This document shows positions 9,950 to 19,649 of a stretch of DNA of 64,000 nt, one piece after another; the stretch's first letter is position 1, and each line of letters begins with the position of its first letter. Under the pieces are notes generated by a model. It was not told where the DNA came from, did not search any database, and saw only the letters and a list, made by a program, of their open reading frames with translations. The translations under genes and the position numbers were made by a program. The DNA is taken from contig CAVYGB010000003.1 in NCBI GenBank assembly GCA_963767925.1, positions 19,734 through 83,733 on the forward strand, written 5' to 3'. Source of the DNA: an uncultured delta proteobacterium (GTDB taxonomy: Bacteria > Myxococcota_A > Polyangia > Fen-1088).

Positions 9950-11146
9950 TCAGAGCGGCGCTTCGAGCCGCAGGACGCGGTGGCCGAGCTGGTCGGTGAA
10001 GTAGAGCCGCCCGTCGGGCCCGAAGGCCATGCCCGCCAGCCCGCCTGGCTGGGCGTCGGTCTGCACCGAGGCCACCTTGCTCCCGTCGAGCCGGAGCTTG
10101 TGGATGATCCCGGTGGCGTTGTCCGAGACGTAGAGGTGGCCCTCGTGGATCTCGAGCCCGCTCGGGACCATCAGCGTCCCGCTCGCCGCCGTCACCACCT
10201 CGGTGAGGGTGGCGCCCGCCATGTCCCAGCTCTGGGCCTCGTCCTGGCGGGGCACGATGGCCCCGCTCGGCGTGCCGCTGGCGGTGGCCAGCTTGACCAC
10301 CCGGGCGTTGCCGCTGTCGGCGATGTACAGCATCTGGTCCTCGGCCCGGTAGGCCAGGTGGCTGGCCACCCGGGGGACCGCCTTGACCTGTCCCAGCACG
10401 TACCGCCAGATCAGCCCGTCGGTGTGGTCGTCGTTGCCCACCCCGTGGTCGAGCTGGAAGTCGTATTTGCTGATCGACCCGTTGAGCCCGTTGAAGGTCC
10501 AGTACACGTTCCCGACGCCGGCCCAGGCGATGCCCATGCACTGCGGGCTCTGGTGGAGCATGTCGAGGTGGGATCCCAGGGTGCCGTTGCGGACGGCGAA
10601 CACCGAGAGGTCGCTCGACCACAACACCGGGCCCATGAAGTCGTTGCCCCCGTTGCGCGACTCCTGGCAGGTGGCGAAGGTGCCCGGGGCCAGGGCGGCG
10701 TTGATCGCGGCGTCGTTTGTCGCGTCGGCCCCGAAGGCCAGGCTGGTCGGCGCGGGCATGAAGTGGGCGTGGTTGCGGTCGCGCCGCTGCTCGACCCGGA
10801 AGCCGGCGGCGGTGGCGCCGAACACGAGGGTCACCGAGTTTGTGTCGGCGTTGACCACCCAGAGCTCGCCCGCGCGCCGGGGGTTGAAGGCCAGGTCGCG
10901 CGGTCCGCTGACCTGGGGGGCGGCGGCGAGCAACGTCATCACCGCCGTGCTCTGCACCGGCGGCGCCGGGGCCCCCAGCTCGCAGCGGTTCCGGCCGGCC
11001 TGACAGGACAGCCCCGTGTCGCAGGCGCCCGCGGTGGTGCAGGTGCACCCCTCGCTGCCGACCAGGCAGGAGGGCTCTTCTCCTTCGCAGCCAGCGGCGA
11101 GGGCGGCCGTGGCGAGCACGGTGATGGCGAGGATCCGGTACTTCAT
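9950..11146 (-). CDS. Lipoprotein, NHL/beta-propeller-like
   Basis: Lipobox LAAGC, Cys-rich stretch, repeats PRDLAF, LYIADSGNARV, GMAFGPDGRLYFTD. Confidence 0.75.
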   Translation of the reverse strand: MKYRILAITVLATAALAAGCEGEEPSCLVGSEGCTCTTAGACDTGLSCQAGRNRCELGAPAPPVQSTAVMTLLAAAPQVSGPRDLAFNPRRAGELWVVNADTNSVTLVFGATAAGFRVEQRRDRNHAHFMPAPTSLAFGADATNDAAINAALAPGTFATCQESRNGGNDFMGPVLWSSDLSVFAVRNGTLGSHLDMLHQSPQCMGIAWAGVGNVYWTFNGLNGSISKYDFQLDHGVGNDDHTDGLIWRYVLGQVKAVPRVASHLAYRAEDQMLYIADSGNARVVKLATASGTPSGAIVPRQDEAQSWDMAGATLTEVVTAASGTLMVPSGLEIHEGHLYVSDNATGIIHKLRLDGSKVASVQTDAQPGGLAGMAFGPDGRLYFTDQLGHRVLRLEAPL

Positions 11147-11255
11147 GGCGTGCTTACCTCCTTGGGGCCGGCGGTCGACCCTACACGTGGGCCTGCCGCC
11201 TGTCCACGCGCGCTCGCGCGTCGCGCTGGACGGCGTGGACGCGGTGACATCGTGA

Positions 11256-12662
11256 TCATGGTCGCACCTCGAGCATGCCCATCAGGCCGAGCTCGGCGTG
11301 ATCGAGGATGTGGCAGTGGAACATCCAGAGGCCGGGCCGATCGTCGAAGCGCACCGCCAGCACCGCGCTGCTGAGGGCCGGCAGGTTGAGGGTGTCCTTC
11401 CACTCGACCGGCTCGGCCGGCCGCAACGTCTGCTGGTCGAGGCGCTGGAAGAAGAAGCCGTGCAGGTGAAAGGGGTGATCGAACCGGGTGTGGTTGGCGA
11501 CGCTGAAGAGCTGCGTCTCGCCGACCTGCGCGCGCAGGTGGGGATGGCTGCCCGACGGCTGCTCGTTGATCACGAACCCCTCCGGGCGCTCGCCGATCCG
11601 GATCGACTGCTGCACCACCATGGGCGGCAGGGCCAGCCGCTCGATCGTGCGCAGGCGGGCGGGCAGGGCGGAGCGAACCCCGCCGGCGCCGTCGACAAGA
11701 TCCAGATACAGGATCTCCTGCGACGGGCCCGGCAGGTCGCCGCCCCGGTCGTGGGGCTGCAGGCGCACCGCCACCCGGTCGCCGGCCGCTCCCGCCAGCT
11801 CGAGCGCCACCTCCGCCCGCTCGCCCGGCACCAGCAGCAGGCGATCCACCGGCGGCTGGGGGGCTTCCAGCAGCCCACCATCGCCGCCGACCCGGGTGAG
11901 GGTGTGGCCCGCGACCTCGAGCAGGAAGAACCGGCTGCGGGCGGCGTTGATCAGCCGCCAGCGCTGCCGCTCGCCGCGCGGCACCGCCACCGCCGGCCGC
12001 TCGCGGCCGTTGACCAGCACCCGCGGGCCTTCCCGGCCGTTGCGGACGCCGGCGTCGCTGGAGGCGGTCGGATCCGGGTCGGGCGCGAGGTCGCTCAGCA
12101 CCAGCAGCACCGGCCGGCCCAGGCTGGCCGCCTCGGCGGCATCTGCTTTTTCTTCCACCACCAGCGGCGCGTACAGCCCCCGCTCGACCTGCCCCGCCGA
12201 CTGGTGGTGGGGGTGGTACCAGAAGGTCCCCGCGTCGAGCAGCTCGAAGGCGTAGCGGAAGCTGCCCCCCGGCGGCACCGCCTCTTCGGCGGTGGCCACG
12301 CCGTCCATGGCGTTGGGCACGCGCAGCCCGTGCCAGTGGACGGTTGTCGGCTCGGGCAGCCCATTTTCGAAGTGGACGATCAGCCGGTCGCCCCGCCGGC
12401 CCCGGATGAGCGGCCCCGGGACCTGCCCGTCGTAACCCCACAGGCCCGGACGCAGCGGAGCCGCCGCCGTCCCCACCGGCCGGGCCTGCACCCGCACCTC
12501 GACAACGCCGGGATCGGGGTCGAGGTCCTCGGCGATCGGCAGCGGGATCTCGTCGTAGCTCGGCGGCCAGGGCCCCGCCGGCGCCGGCGGCGGGTCGTCC
12601 CCGGCGCAGCCGGGCCCGCCGGCCAGCCCGAGCAACGCGATCCAGCAGCAAAGCGCCCGCAC
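11256..12662 (-). CDS. Multicopper oxidase (lipoprotein)
   Basis: TVHWHG, FWYHPH, HPFHLHG, HCHILDHAELGLM copper motifs. Confidence 0.92.
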   Translation of the reverse strand: MRALCCWIALLGLAGGPGCAGDDPPPAPAGPWPPSYDEIPLPIAEDLDPDPGVVEVRVQARPVGTAAAPLRPGLWGYDGQVPGPLIRGRRGDRLIVHFENGLPEPTTVHWHGLRVPNAMDGVATAEEAVPPGGSFRYAFELLDAGTFWYHPHHQSAGQVERGLYAPLVVEEKADAAEAASLGRPVLLVLSDLAPDPDPTASSDAGVRNGREGPRVLVNGRERPAVAVPRGERQRWRLINAARSRFFLLEVAGHTLTRVGGDGGLLEAPQPPVDRLLLVPGERAEVALELAGAAGDRVAVRLQPHDRGGDLPGPSQEILYLDLVDGAGGVRSALPARLRTIERLALPPMVVQQSIRIGERPEGFVINEQPSGSHPHLRAQVGETQLFSVANHTRFDHPFHLHGFFFQRLDQQTLRPAEPVEWKDTLNLPALSSAVLAVRFDDRPGLWMFHCHILDHAELGLMGMLEVRP

Positions 12663-12768
12663 GCGCCCGCAGGTTACACCACGCCGAGCGCCCGCCGGCC
12701 GTGGTCGGCGCGCCGCCGTGGTTGGCATCGGACGGAGACCCGGGCATGCTGGCGCCCGGTGCCTGGCC

Positions 12769-14085
12769 ATGCGCGCTCCTCCATCTCGACGGTCCTCTTC
12801 GCCGCCCCGATCCCCGAGCCGGCGTGAAGCGCTCGGCCTGGCCGGCGCCTTCGCCCTGCCGGACGCCGGGCCGCGCCGCCCCGCCACCCCCGCGCCCCCG
12901 GCGGTCGCGCCGGGACCCGGGGGACCGGACCTGGGGAACCTGCACGGGCTGTTCGCCTGGCTGGCCGAGAGCCAGGGCCCGTCGCTGTCGTTCCTCGATC
13001 CCCGCTGGCGCTCGCTGGAGGCCTGGAAGCGGGCGGCCCGCCCCGTCTACAAGCGTCACCTCAGCTACGACCCGCCGCCGCTGCCGCTGGCCGCCGAGCT
13101 AATCGACCGCGAGGATCGCAGCGGCGAGGGTCCCGGCCTGATCGTCGAATCGGTCCGGATCCGGGCCACCTCGGCCTACGACATCCCCGCCAAGGTGCTG
13201 TATCCCGCCCAGCGGAAGGGGCGGCTGCCCGGGGTCCTGGCCCTCCACTGCCACAGCGGCCGCTACCAGTGGGGCCACGAGAAGCTGGTGAGCGCGCCCG
13301 GCGACTCGCCGGCCCTGCGCGCCTTCCGCGATCAGGCTTACGGCCGCCCCTGGGCCGAGGCGCTCGCCCGCCGCGGCTACGTCGTCCTCGTCATCGACGC
13401 CTTCTACTTCGGGTCGCGCCGGCTGAAGGTGGAGGCGCTCGATCCGGTGGCGGCCCCCTCGGAGGCCCGGGATCTGCTCTCCGCCCTGGCGGCGGTGGGA
13501 CCGGAGAGCCCCGAGCGGCTGGCGGCCATCGACCGCCTGTGTGGCCGCTACGAGCACCTCACCGCCAAGACCCTCGCCGCCAGCGGCGCTACCTGGCCCG
13601 GCCTGCTGGCCTGGGACGATCGCCGCAGCCTCGACTACCTGGCCACCCGGCCCGAGGTGGATCCCCGGCGGCTGGGCTGCCTGGGGCTGTCGATCGGCGG
13701 CCTGCGCACCGCCCACCTGCTCGGCCTCGAGAACCGCCTGCGCGCTGCCTGCGTCGTCGGCTGGATGACCGAGTTCGCCCTGCAACTCCGCAACCACCTC
13801 CGCTCGCACACCTGGATGGCCTACGTCCCCGGGCTCTACCGCTCGCTCGACCTTCCCGACGTCGCCGCCCTCGGCGCCCCCGGGGCCCTCCTGGTGCAGC
13901 AGTGCTCCCGGGACACCCTCTATCCACCGGACGCGATGAAGGCCGCGGTCACCCGCCTCGAGCGCATCTACGCCAAGGCCGGCCTGCGCGACCGCTTCGC
14001 CGCCACCTTCCACGACGAGCCCCACAGCTTCCGCCCCGCCATGCAGGACCAGGCCTTCGACTGGCTCGACCGCTGGCTGACCTGA
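12769..14085 (+). CDS. Tat-exported alpha/beta hydrolase (dienelactone hydrolase-like)
   Basis: SRREAL Tat motif, GLSIGG nucleophile elbow, DYLATRPEVD, C-terminal PHSF. Confidence 0.8.
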   Translation: MRAPPSRRSSSPPRSPSRREALGLAGAFALPDAGPRRPATPAPPAVAPGPGGPDLGNLHGLFAWLAESQGPSLSFLDPRWRSLEAWKRAARPVYKRHLSYDPPPLPLAAELIDREDRSGEGPGLIVESVRIRATSAYDIPAKVLYPAQRKGRLPGVLALHCHSGRYQWGHEKLVSAPGDSPALRAFRDQAYGRPWAEALARRGYVVLVIDAFYFGSRRLKVEALDPVAAPSEARDLLSALAAVGPESPERLAAIDRLCGRYEHLTAKTLAASGATWPGLLAWDDRRSLDYLATRPEVDPRRLGCLGLSIGGLRTAHLLGLENRLRAACVVGWMTEFALQLRNHLRSHTWMAYVPGLYRSLDLPDVAALGAPGALLVQQCSRDTLYPPDAMKAAVTRLERIYAKAGLRDRFAATFHDEPHSFRPAMQDQAFDWLDRWLT

Positions 14086-14290
14086 TCGGCCGGGCCGCGC
14101 TCGGAAGAGGACGGGCCCAAGAGACGCGGAAAAGAGACCCGGGAAAAGGACTCGGAGAAAAGCAGGCCCCGCTCGACGGATCGCGGGTCCCGCGCGTTCC
14201 TCCCCTTGCATGGTCGCACCAGCACGGGGAGCGCGCGGGCCCGGCGGCCGGGGACCCCTCGCCAGCCTTCGGGTGGGGGGGCGCGAGCCG

Positions 14291-14752
14291 TCAGCTCCGG
14301 ATGTTGCTGACGGCCGATTTGGCGGTGTCGTGCGCGGACTTCAGGACGTTGCTGAGGGTGGTGAAGCGGCGGTTCTCGTCCTGGACGTTCTGCTGCAGGT
14401 TGAGGAGCTGGAGGTTGAAGCTCTGGCTCTCGCGCTGCATGGCAAACATCTGCGACATCTCCGCGCCCTGGGTCGGCGCGTTCATCACGCCGGCCGCGCC
14501 GCCCGCGCCACCGCCACCGCCACCCGCGCCGCCGCCTCCGGTGAGGGCGCCCCCCAGGACCTGACTGCCGGCCTCGCGGACCGCAGCCGCGAGCACCGGG
14601 CCCCCGACGAGGCCGTTGTTCGACTGGGCGCCACTGACCACCGCCTGGTTTCCCGACAGCACCTGGCCAAACGGGGTGGAGGGCGCCTGACGGACCTTGG
14701 GAGCCTCCATCGGCATGGCGGGCGAGTTGGGATCGACGCGTGGGCTGGACAT
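14291..14752 (-). CDS. Small Gly-rich protein with T3SS needle/filament-like C-terminus (paralog A)
   Basis: AGGAGG RBS; last 56 aa identical to 32228-32710; ends FTTLSNVLKSAHDTAKSAVSNIRS. Confidence 0.7.
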   Translation of the reverse strand: MSSPRVDPNSPAMPMEAPKVRQAPSTPFGQVLSGNQAVVSGAQSNNGLVGGPVLAAAVREAGSQVLGGALTGGGGAGGGGGGAGGAAGVMNAPTQGAEMSQMFAMQRESQSFNLQLLNLQQNVQDENRRFTTLSNVLKSAHDTAKSAVSNIRS

Positions 14753-14777
14753 TCTCGATTGCCTCCTGCGGCTATCT

Positions 14778-14801
14778 TCGGACACCAGGGAAAAAGGTTG
14801 C
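14778..14801 (-). promoter_or_regulatory. GCAAC-N15-CCGA putative alternative-sigma promoter
   Basis: Minus strand gcaac ctttttccctggtgt ccga, 10 nt before AGGAGG; same motif at 32734, 32828, 43780. Confidence 0.55.
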
Positions 14802-14829
14802 TAGGAATTATCGCCAGTGATGATGCATT

Positions 14830-14854
14830 GCACACAAGGGCCCCTTTTGTGTGC
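14830..14854. promoter_or_regulatory. Inverted repeat GCACACAA-N9-TTGTGTGC, putative operator
   Basis: Perfect 8-bp IR in the AT-richer divergent intergenic region. Confidence 0.4.
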
Positions 14855-15033
14855 TGCGGCGGTTACAATGATGAGGTGTGTAGCGTGTTCGTTACCCTTG
14901 CTTCTCGTCCCCGGACCGGGTCGTCGGACCCGGCGCGGGGCCCGTACGCCTCGCCCCCGGGACTGGATGGGGCCGCTCGCTCGCGCGACGGCGTTCCGGC
15001 ACTCCAGTCGGAGCCCCCGTGTCGCCGCGGTTG

Positions 15034-17520
15034 ATGGCGCGGCTTGAGCGGGCGCTCGGCGGCGCCGCCGCCCGCGCGCATCGCCGCCCGCTGCCGGCCC
15101 TGCTGATCGCCCTCGGCCTTGTCGGCCTGGGGGTCTGGTCCGCGTCGCGGCTGAGCCTCAACACGGATCTCACCGAGCTCTTGCCCCGGTCCTTCGAGAG
15201 CGTGCAGGGGCTGGACAAGCTGAAGGACAACTTCGGCGGCATCGGCTACGTCGCGGTCGCCGGCTACGGGGCCGAGCCGGAGGGCCTGCGCCGCTTCGCC
15301 CGCGAGATGGCGCCCAAGATCGAGGCCCTGCCCGGCATCCGCTTCGTCGAATACGAGCGGGCGAACGCCTTCTTCGAGGACCGGGCCCTCTATTACCTGT
15401 CGCTCGAGGATCTCGGCGAGGTCGAGCAGCGGATCCGGGCCCGCGAGAAATACGAGCGCCGCCAGAAGAACCCGATGTACATCAAGCTCGATAAGGAGGA
15501 AGAGCCGTCGCTCGACTTCTCCGACATCGAGGCGAAGTACAGCGGCCAGTCCTCGCGCCGGCTGTCGGGCGACGGCGAGGCCTATTACCTCGACCCTCGC
15601 GAGAAGATGGTCGTGTTGCTGGCCAAGCCCGAGGGCAACTCGACCGACCTGGGCTTTTCCCGCAGCGTTGTCGGCCAGGTCGAGAAGCTCCTGGCCCAGC
15701 AGGACCTCCGCGCGTACGGCCCCGAGTTCAAGGTCCAGCTCACCGGCACGTACAAGAAGAAGGTCGACCAGCAGGCCCAGATCGCCCACGACCTCTCCTC
15801 CGCCTCGACGGTCGCCCTGGCCCTGCTGTTCGGCTATCTGCTGTTTCACTTTCGCAGCCTGCTGGCGGTGGTGTTCAACCTGCTGCCGGTGCTGGCCAGC
15901 CTGGCCTGGACCTACGGGGTGGTCGGCTGGATCTACGGCTCGGTCAACCTGCTCACCGGCTTTCTGGCGGCGATCCTCGGCGGCCTCGGCATCGAGCACG
16001 GGATCCACCTGCTGGGGCGCTACGAGGCCCTGCGCCAGCGGGGTGACAGCTCGGAGGCCGCCACCCGGGAGGCCTTCACCCACACCGGCCTGGCGGCGCT
16101 GATCTCCGCGCTGGTGGCGGCGGTGACCTTCCTCTCGCTCGCCATCTCCGAGTTCCGCGCCTTCCGCGAGTTCGGGGTCATCGCGGCCATCGGCATGGTG
16201 CTGGTGGTGGGGGCCTACGTCCTTGTGTTGCCCGCCCTGCTGGGCCTGGCCGGCCGCCTGGGCTGGCGGCCCTCGAGCGCGGTGGCGACCGGCAGCCGCT
16301 CCGAGCTGGCCCGCTGGCTCCTGCTCCCCCGCTTCCGCCGGGCGGTGGCGATCGGCATGGGGGTCTGGCTGGGGGCGCTGTGCCTCAACGCCCCCAACGC
16401 CACCTTCAACTACGACTTCGCCGCGCTCGAGGACAACAGCTTGCCCTCGTTCATCTACGACAAGCTCACCAACAAGGTGCTCGGCTATTCGCAGACGCCG
16501 GTGGTGGTCTTGACCTCCGATCCCGCGACCGAGCGGGCGGTGGTGGCCGAGCTGAGCCGGCGCAAGAAGGAGCTCGGCAAGGCCTCGACCGTCGACTTCG
16601 TCGCCGCGCTCGACGATCTGGTGCCGCAGCAGCAGCCCGAGAAGCAGGCCCTGCTCGTCTCGATCGGCGAGGTGCTCGCCAAGGTGAAGCGCGACGGGTT
16701 GTCCGAGGACCAGCGGAGCAAGTTCGACGACCTCCAGAAGGCGGTCGCCGCCCAGCCCTTCACCCGGGCCGATCTGCCGGCCAGCGTGCGCCGCCAGTTC
16801 ATGGGCATCAAGGAAGACCAGACCGGCTTCGTGCTGGTCTTCCCCGCCATCAGCCTGGCAGACGGCAGCAAGGTGCGACAGTTCGCTCAGGAGGTCCGGG
16901 CGATCTCGGCGCCGGGTGGACAGCAGGTGTCGGCCGCCGGCGAGGCGATGATCCTCGCCGACATCATCGAGATGGTCACCCGCGAGATGCCGCGTATCCT
17001 CACTGCGGCGGTGGTCTCGGTGCTGTTGGTGATGGGACTCACACTGGGCAGCTTCAAGCTGGCGGTCCTGTGCCTGTCACCTACCGTGATCTCCCTGATC
17101 GCCCTCACGGGTTTGATGCCGCTGTTCGAGCTGCAGTTCAACTACCTCAACATCATCGTGCTCACCGTGTTGATCGGTGTGACGGTGGACGCCGGGGTGC
17201 ACCTCGTGTCGCGCCTGCAAACCGCCGGTGAAGACTTCACGGCAGTTTATGGCGAGACCGGCCGCGCCATCTGCGGCGGCATCTTGACCAGCGCGGTCGG
17301 CTTTGGAGCGATGCTCCTGGCCGACCATCCGGGGCTGAACTCGATCGGGCAGATGGCCAACCTGGGATTCGCGACGAATCTTCTCGTCATGTTGTTGGCC
17401 TTCCCGGCCTTCCTGCTACCCATCTTGATGCGCAGGCGGGAGGCGACAGCGGCTGGCGCTGAACAGAACGGCCCTCCCGCTGTGTCCAACGAACCGAAGA
17501 AGGAGAGTGCCCCCCCATGA
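15034..17520 (+). CDS. MMPL/RND family transporter (HpnN-like)
   Basis: Two repeats of periplasmic domain plus TM bundle; GLGIEHGIHL and GVTVDAGVHL motifs. Confidence 0.9.
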   Translation: MARLERALGGAAARAHRRPLPALLIALGLVGLGVWSASRLSLNTDLTELLPRSFESVQGLDKLKDNFGGIGYVAVAGYGAEPEGLRRFAREMAPKIEALPGIRFVEYERANAFFEDRALYYLSLEDLGEVEQRIRAREKYERRQKNPMYIKLDKEEEPSLDFSDIEAKYSGQSSRRLSGDGEAYYLDPREKMVVLLAKPEGNSTDLGFSRSVVGQVEKLLAQQDLRAYGPEFKVQLTGTYKKKVDQQAQIAHDLSSASTVALALLFGYLLFHFRSLLAVVFNLLPVLASLAWTYGVVGWIYGSVNLLTGFLAAILGGLGIEHGIHLLGRYEALRQRGDSSEAATREAFTHTGLAALISALVAAVTFLSLAISEFRAFREFGVIAAIGMVLVVGAYVLVLPALLGLAGRLGWRPSSAVATGSRSELARWLLLPRFRRAVAIGMGVWLGALCLNAPNATFNYDFAALEDNSLPSFIYDKLTNKVLGYSQTPVVVLTSDPATERAVVAELSRRKKELGKASTVDFVAALDDLVPQQQPEKQALLVSIGEVLAKVKRDGLSEDQRSKFDDLQKAVAAQPFTRADLPASVRRQFMGIKEDQTGFVLVFPAISLADGSKVRQFAQEVRAISAPGGQQVSAAGEAMILADIIEMVTREMPRILTAAVVSVLLVMGLTLGSFKLAVLCLSPTVISLIALTGLMPLFELQFNYLNIIVLTVLIGVTVDAGVHLVSRLQTAGEDFTAVYGETGRAICGGILTSAVGFGAMLLADHPGLNSIGQMANLGFATNLLVMLLAFPAFLLPILMRRREATAAGAEQNGPPAVSNEPKKESAPP

Positions 17521-18185
17521 CAACCGCATGCGACATCGTTGTGCGCCGGCGCCGGCTGCTTATCGCGGCGGCCGCTGGTGGACTGTGGCTGATCGGCGCT
17601 GTCTCACCCACCTGGGCCGCCCCCGCCGCCGGAGAACGCACCGAGGCCCTCATCGCCACCTTCAAGAAGGTGAAGTCGGGGGACAAGCTCACCGCCGCCG
17701 ACCGCAAGGCCAACGAGCAGGTCTTCACCGAGATCGACAAGTTCCTCGACTTCGAGGCGCTCACCACCCGGCCCATCGAGCCGCGCGCGGACAAGTTCAC
17801 GGCCAAGCAGAAGGCGGAGTTTTCCAGCAAGTTTCGCGAGCTGGTCCGGGCCATCGCCTACCCCGACTCGGGCAGCTTCTTCCGGGACGCCAGGATGAAG
17901 TTCGGGGCCCCGGTCGAGAAGGGCGAGGTCACCGTGGTCCCCATCGACGCCAGTGTGCCGAAGGACGATCTCAAGACCAAGCTCGAGTTCCACTGGGCCA
18001 AGAAGGACGGAGCGCTTAAGATCAGCGACGTGGCGTTCGATGGCGACTCGCTCATCAAGGACTACCAGAACCAGTTCGCCCGCATCATCGACAAGGAGGG
18101 CGTGGCCGGTCTGATGAAGAAGCTCGACGAGAAGAAGGCCGAGCTCGATCGGGGCGCGGCCAAGGGGGCCCGGGCAGCGAAATGA
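17517..18185 (+). CDS. MlaC/Ttg2D (HpnM-like) periplasmic lipid-binding protein
   Basis: Signal peptide; FLDFEAL...F..L; ISDVAFDGDSLIKDYQNQFARII; ATGA overlap with MMPL. Confidence 0.85.
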   Translation: MTTACDIVVRRRRLLIAAAAGGLWLIGAVSPTWAAPAAGERTEALIATFKKVKSGDKLTAADRKANEQVFTEIDKFLDFEALTTRPIEPRADKFTAKQKAEFSSKFRELVRAIAYPDSGSFFRDARMKFGAPVEKGEVTVVPIDASVPKDDLKTKLEFHWAKKDGALKISDVAFDGDSLIKDYQNQFARIIDKEGVAGLMKKLDEKKAELDRGAAKGARAAK

Positions 18186-19627
18186 CAGGCCCACGGGCGG
18201 GTCTACTTTCACGACCGCCCGCCCGGGCGCTGAAGCTGTTTTTGCCAGCGCTGCTGGCGCTGGCCGCCCTGCCGGCCGGCGCCGCCGCCCAGACTGCCAC
18301 GCCAGCCGTGAAGACCGAGCCGGCCGCGCGGTCCGGGGCCGAGCCGCGCAAGGTGACGCCCGACGAGGCGGTGGCCATCGCCCTGCGCGACAGCGGGCAG
18401 GTGCTCGAGGCCCAGGGCAAGGTGCAAGAGTGGGTGGGGCGGCTGGCCGAGGTGCAGTCGGTGTTTTATCCCAAGCTGGTCGGGATGGGCTACCTGGCGC
18501 CGATGTTCCGGGTGCGCGACAAGCCCGACCTGCGCAGCGCCCCCGACGTGGAGCGCGACTTCACCGAGTGGGGACCGTACCTGCACCTGCAGGCGGTGCT
18601 GGCCCAGCCCCTCTACACCTTCGGGCGTGTCGCCGCGGGCAAGCAGGCGGCCCAGGCCCGGGTCGAGGTGGAGCGGGCCCGGGTGGAGCAGACCCGCAAC
18701 GTGCTGGCGTTCGAGGTGCGCAAGTTCTACTGGCTGCACCTGTTCGCGCACAGCATGCGCCCCGCCCTGGAGAACGCCCGGGAGATCCTCGACAAGGCCC
18801 AGAACAAGGCCAGGGAGGAGTACGAGGACAACACCGGCAAGGTGACGAACGTCGACATCCAGCGGCTGGCCTTCGCCTCGTCGGAGCTCGACAAGGTCCG
18901 CATCCAGGCCGAGATCGGGGAGGACCTGGCCCTGGCGGCCATGAAACACAGCATGGGGTTGCCCCAGGACGCCCCCGTCGTCGCCGCCGACGAGATGTTG
19001 CCCGACCCGCCCGAGAACCTGCCCCCGCTGCCGGCCCTGCTGAAGAAGGCCTCCGAGGGGCGGCCCGAGTGGACCCAGATCAAGCGGGGCAAGGAGGGCG
19101 CCCTCTCGCTCGAGCAGGCCGAGAAGCTGGCCAACGCGCCGGTGGTCTTCCTGGGCGGGCAGTTCTACGCCGACTGGACCCCCATGCGTCCCGACGTCCG
19201 CAACCCGTACAACTGGGACCCCTACAACCAGATGTTCGGGGGCGTGGCGCTGGGCCTCATGTTCGACTTCGACCCCGTCAAGGCGGCGGCCAAGGCCCAG
19301 CAGGCCCGGGCCCTGCAGACCCAGGTCGAGGGCCTGGAGCGGTTCGCCCGCACCGGCATCCCGATGGAGGTGCGCAAGGCCCACGACGAGGCCGTCCAGG
19401 CCAAGCGCATCGCCGCCGTCGCCGAGGAGGGCTCCACCGCCGCCCGCAAGTGGATGATCTTCGCCGGCGCCGCCTTCGCCACCGGCACCGGCGAGGCCAA
19501 GGACCTGCTCGAGGGCCTGGCCGCCTACCTGCAGGCCAAGCGTGGCCACTACGAGGCCCTGCAGAACATGCAGGTCGCCCTGGCCCAGCTCCTCTACGTC
19601 ACCGGGGAGAGCGGCGGCAAGCCGTAG
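18182..19627 (+). CDS. TolC family outer-membrane efflux protein
   Basis: Signal peptide, QPLYTFGR, RPE, two OEP-like halves; ATGA overlap. Confidence 0.85.
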   Translation: MTGPRAGLLSRPPARALKLFLPALLALAALPAGAAAQTATPAVKTEPAARSGAEPRKVTPDEAVAIALRDSGQVLEAQGKVQEWVGRLAEVQSVFYPKLVGMGYLAPMFRVRDKPDLRSAPDVERDFTEWGPYLHLQAVLAQPLYTFGRVAAGKQAAQARVEVERARVEQTRNVLAFEVRKFYWLHLFAHSMRPALENAREILDKAQNKAREEYEDNTGKVTNVDIQRLAFASSELDKVRIQAEIGEDLALAAMKHSMGLPQDAPVVAADEMLPDPPENLPPLPALLKKASEGRPEWTQIKRGKEGALSLEQAEKLANAPVVFLGGQFYADWTPMRPDVRNPYNWDPYNQMFGGVALGLMFDFDPVKAAAKAQQARALQTQVEGLERFARTGIPMEVRKAHDEAVQAKRIAAVAEEGSTAARKWMIFAGAAFATGTGEAKDLLEGLAAYLQAKRGHYEALQNMQVALAQLLYVTGESGGKP

Positions 19628-19649
19628 CGCACCCGCGAACGCCGGAGGG

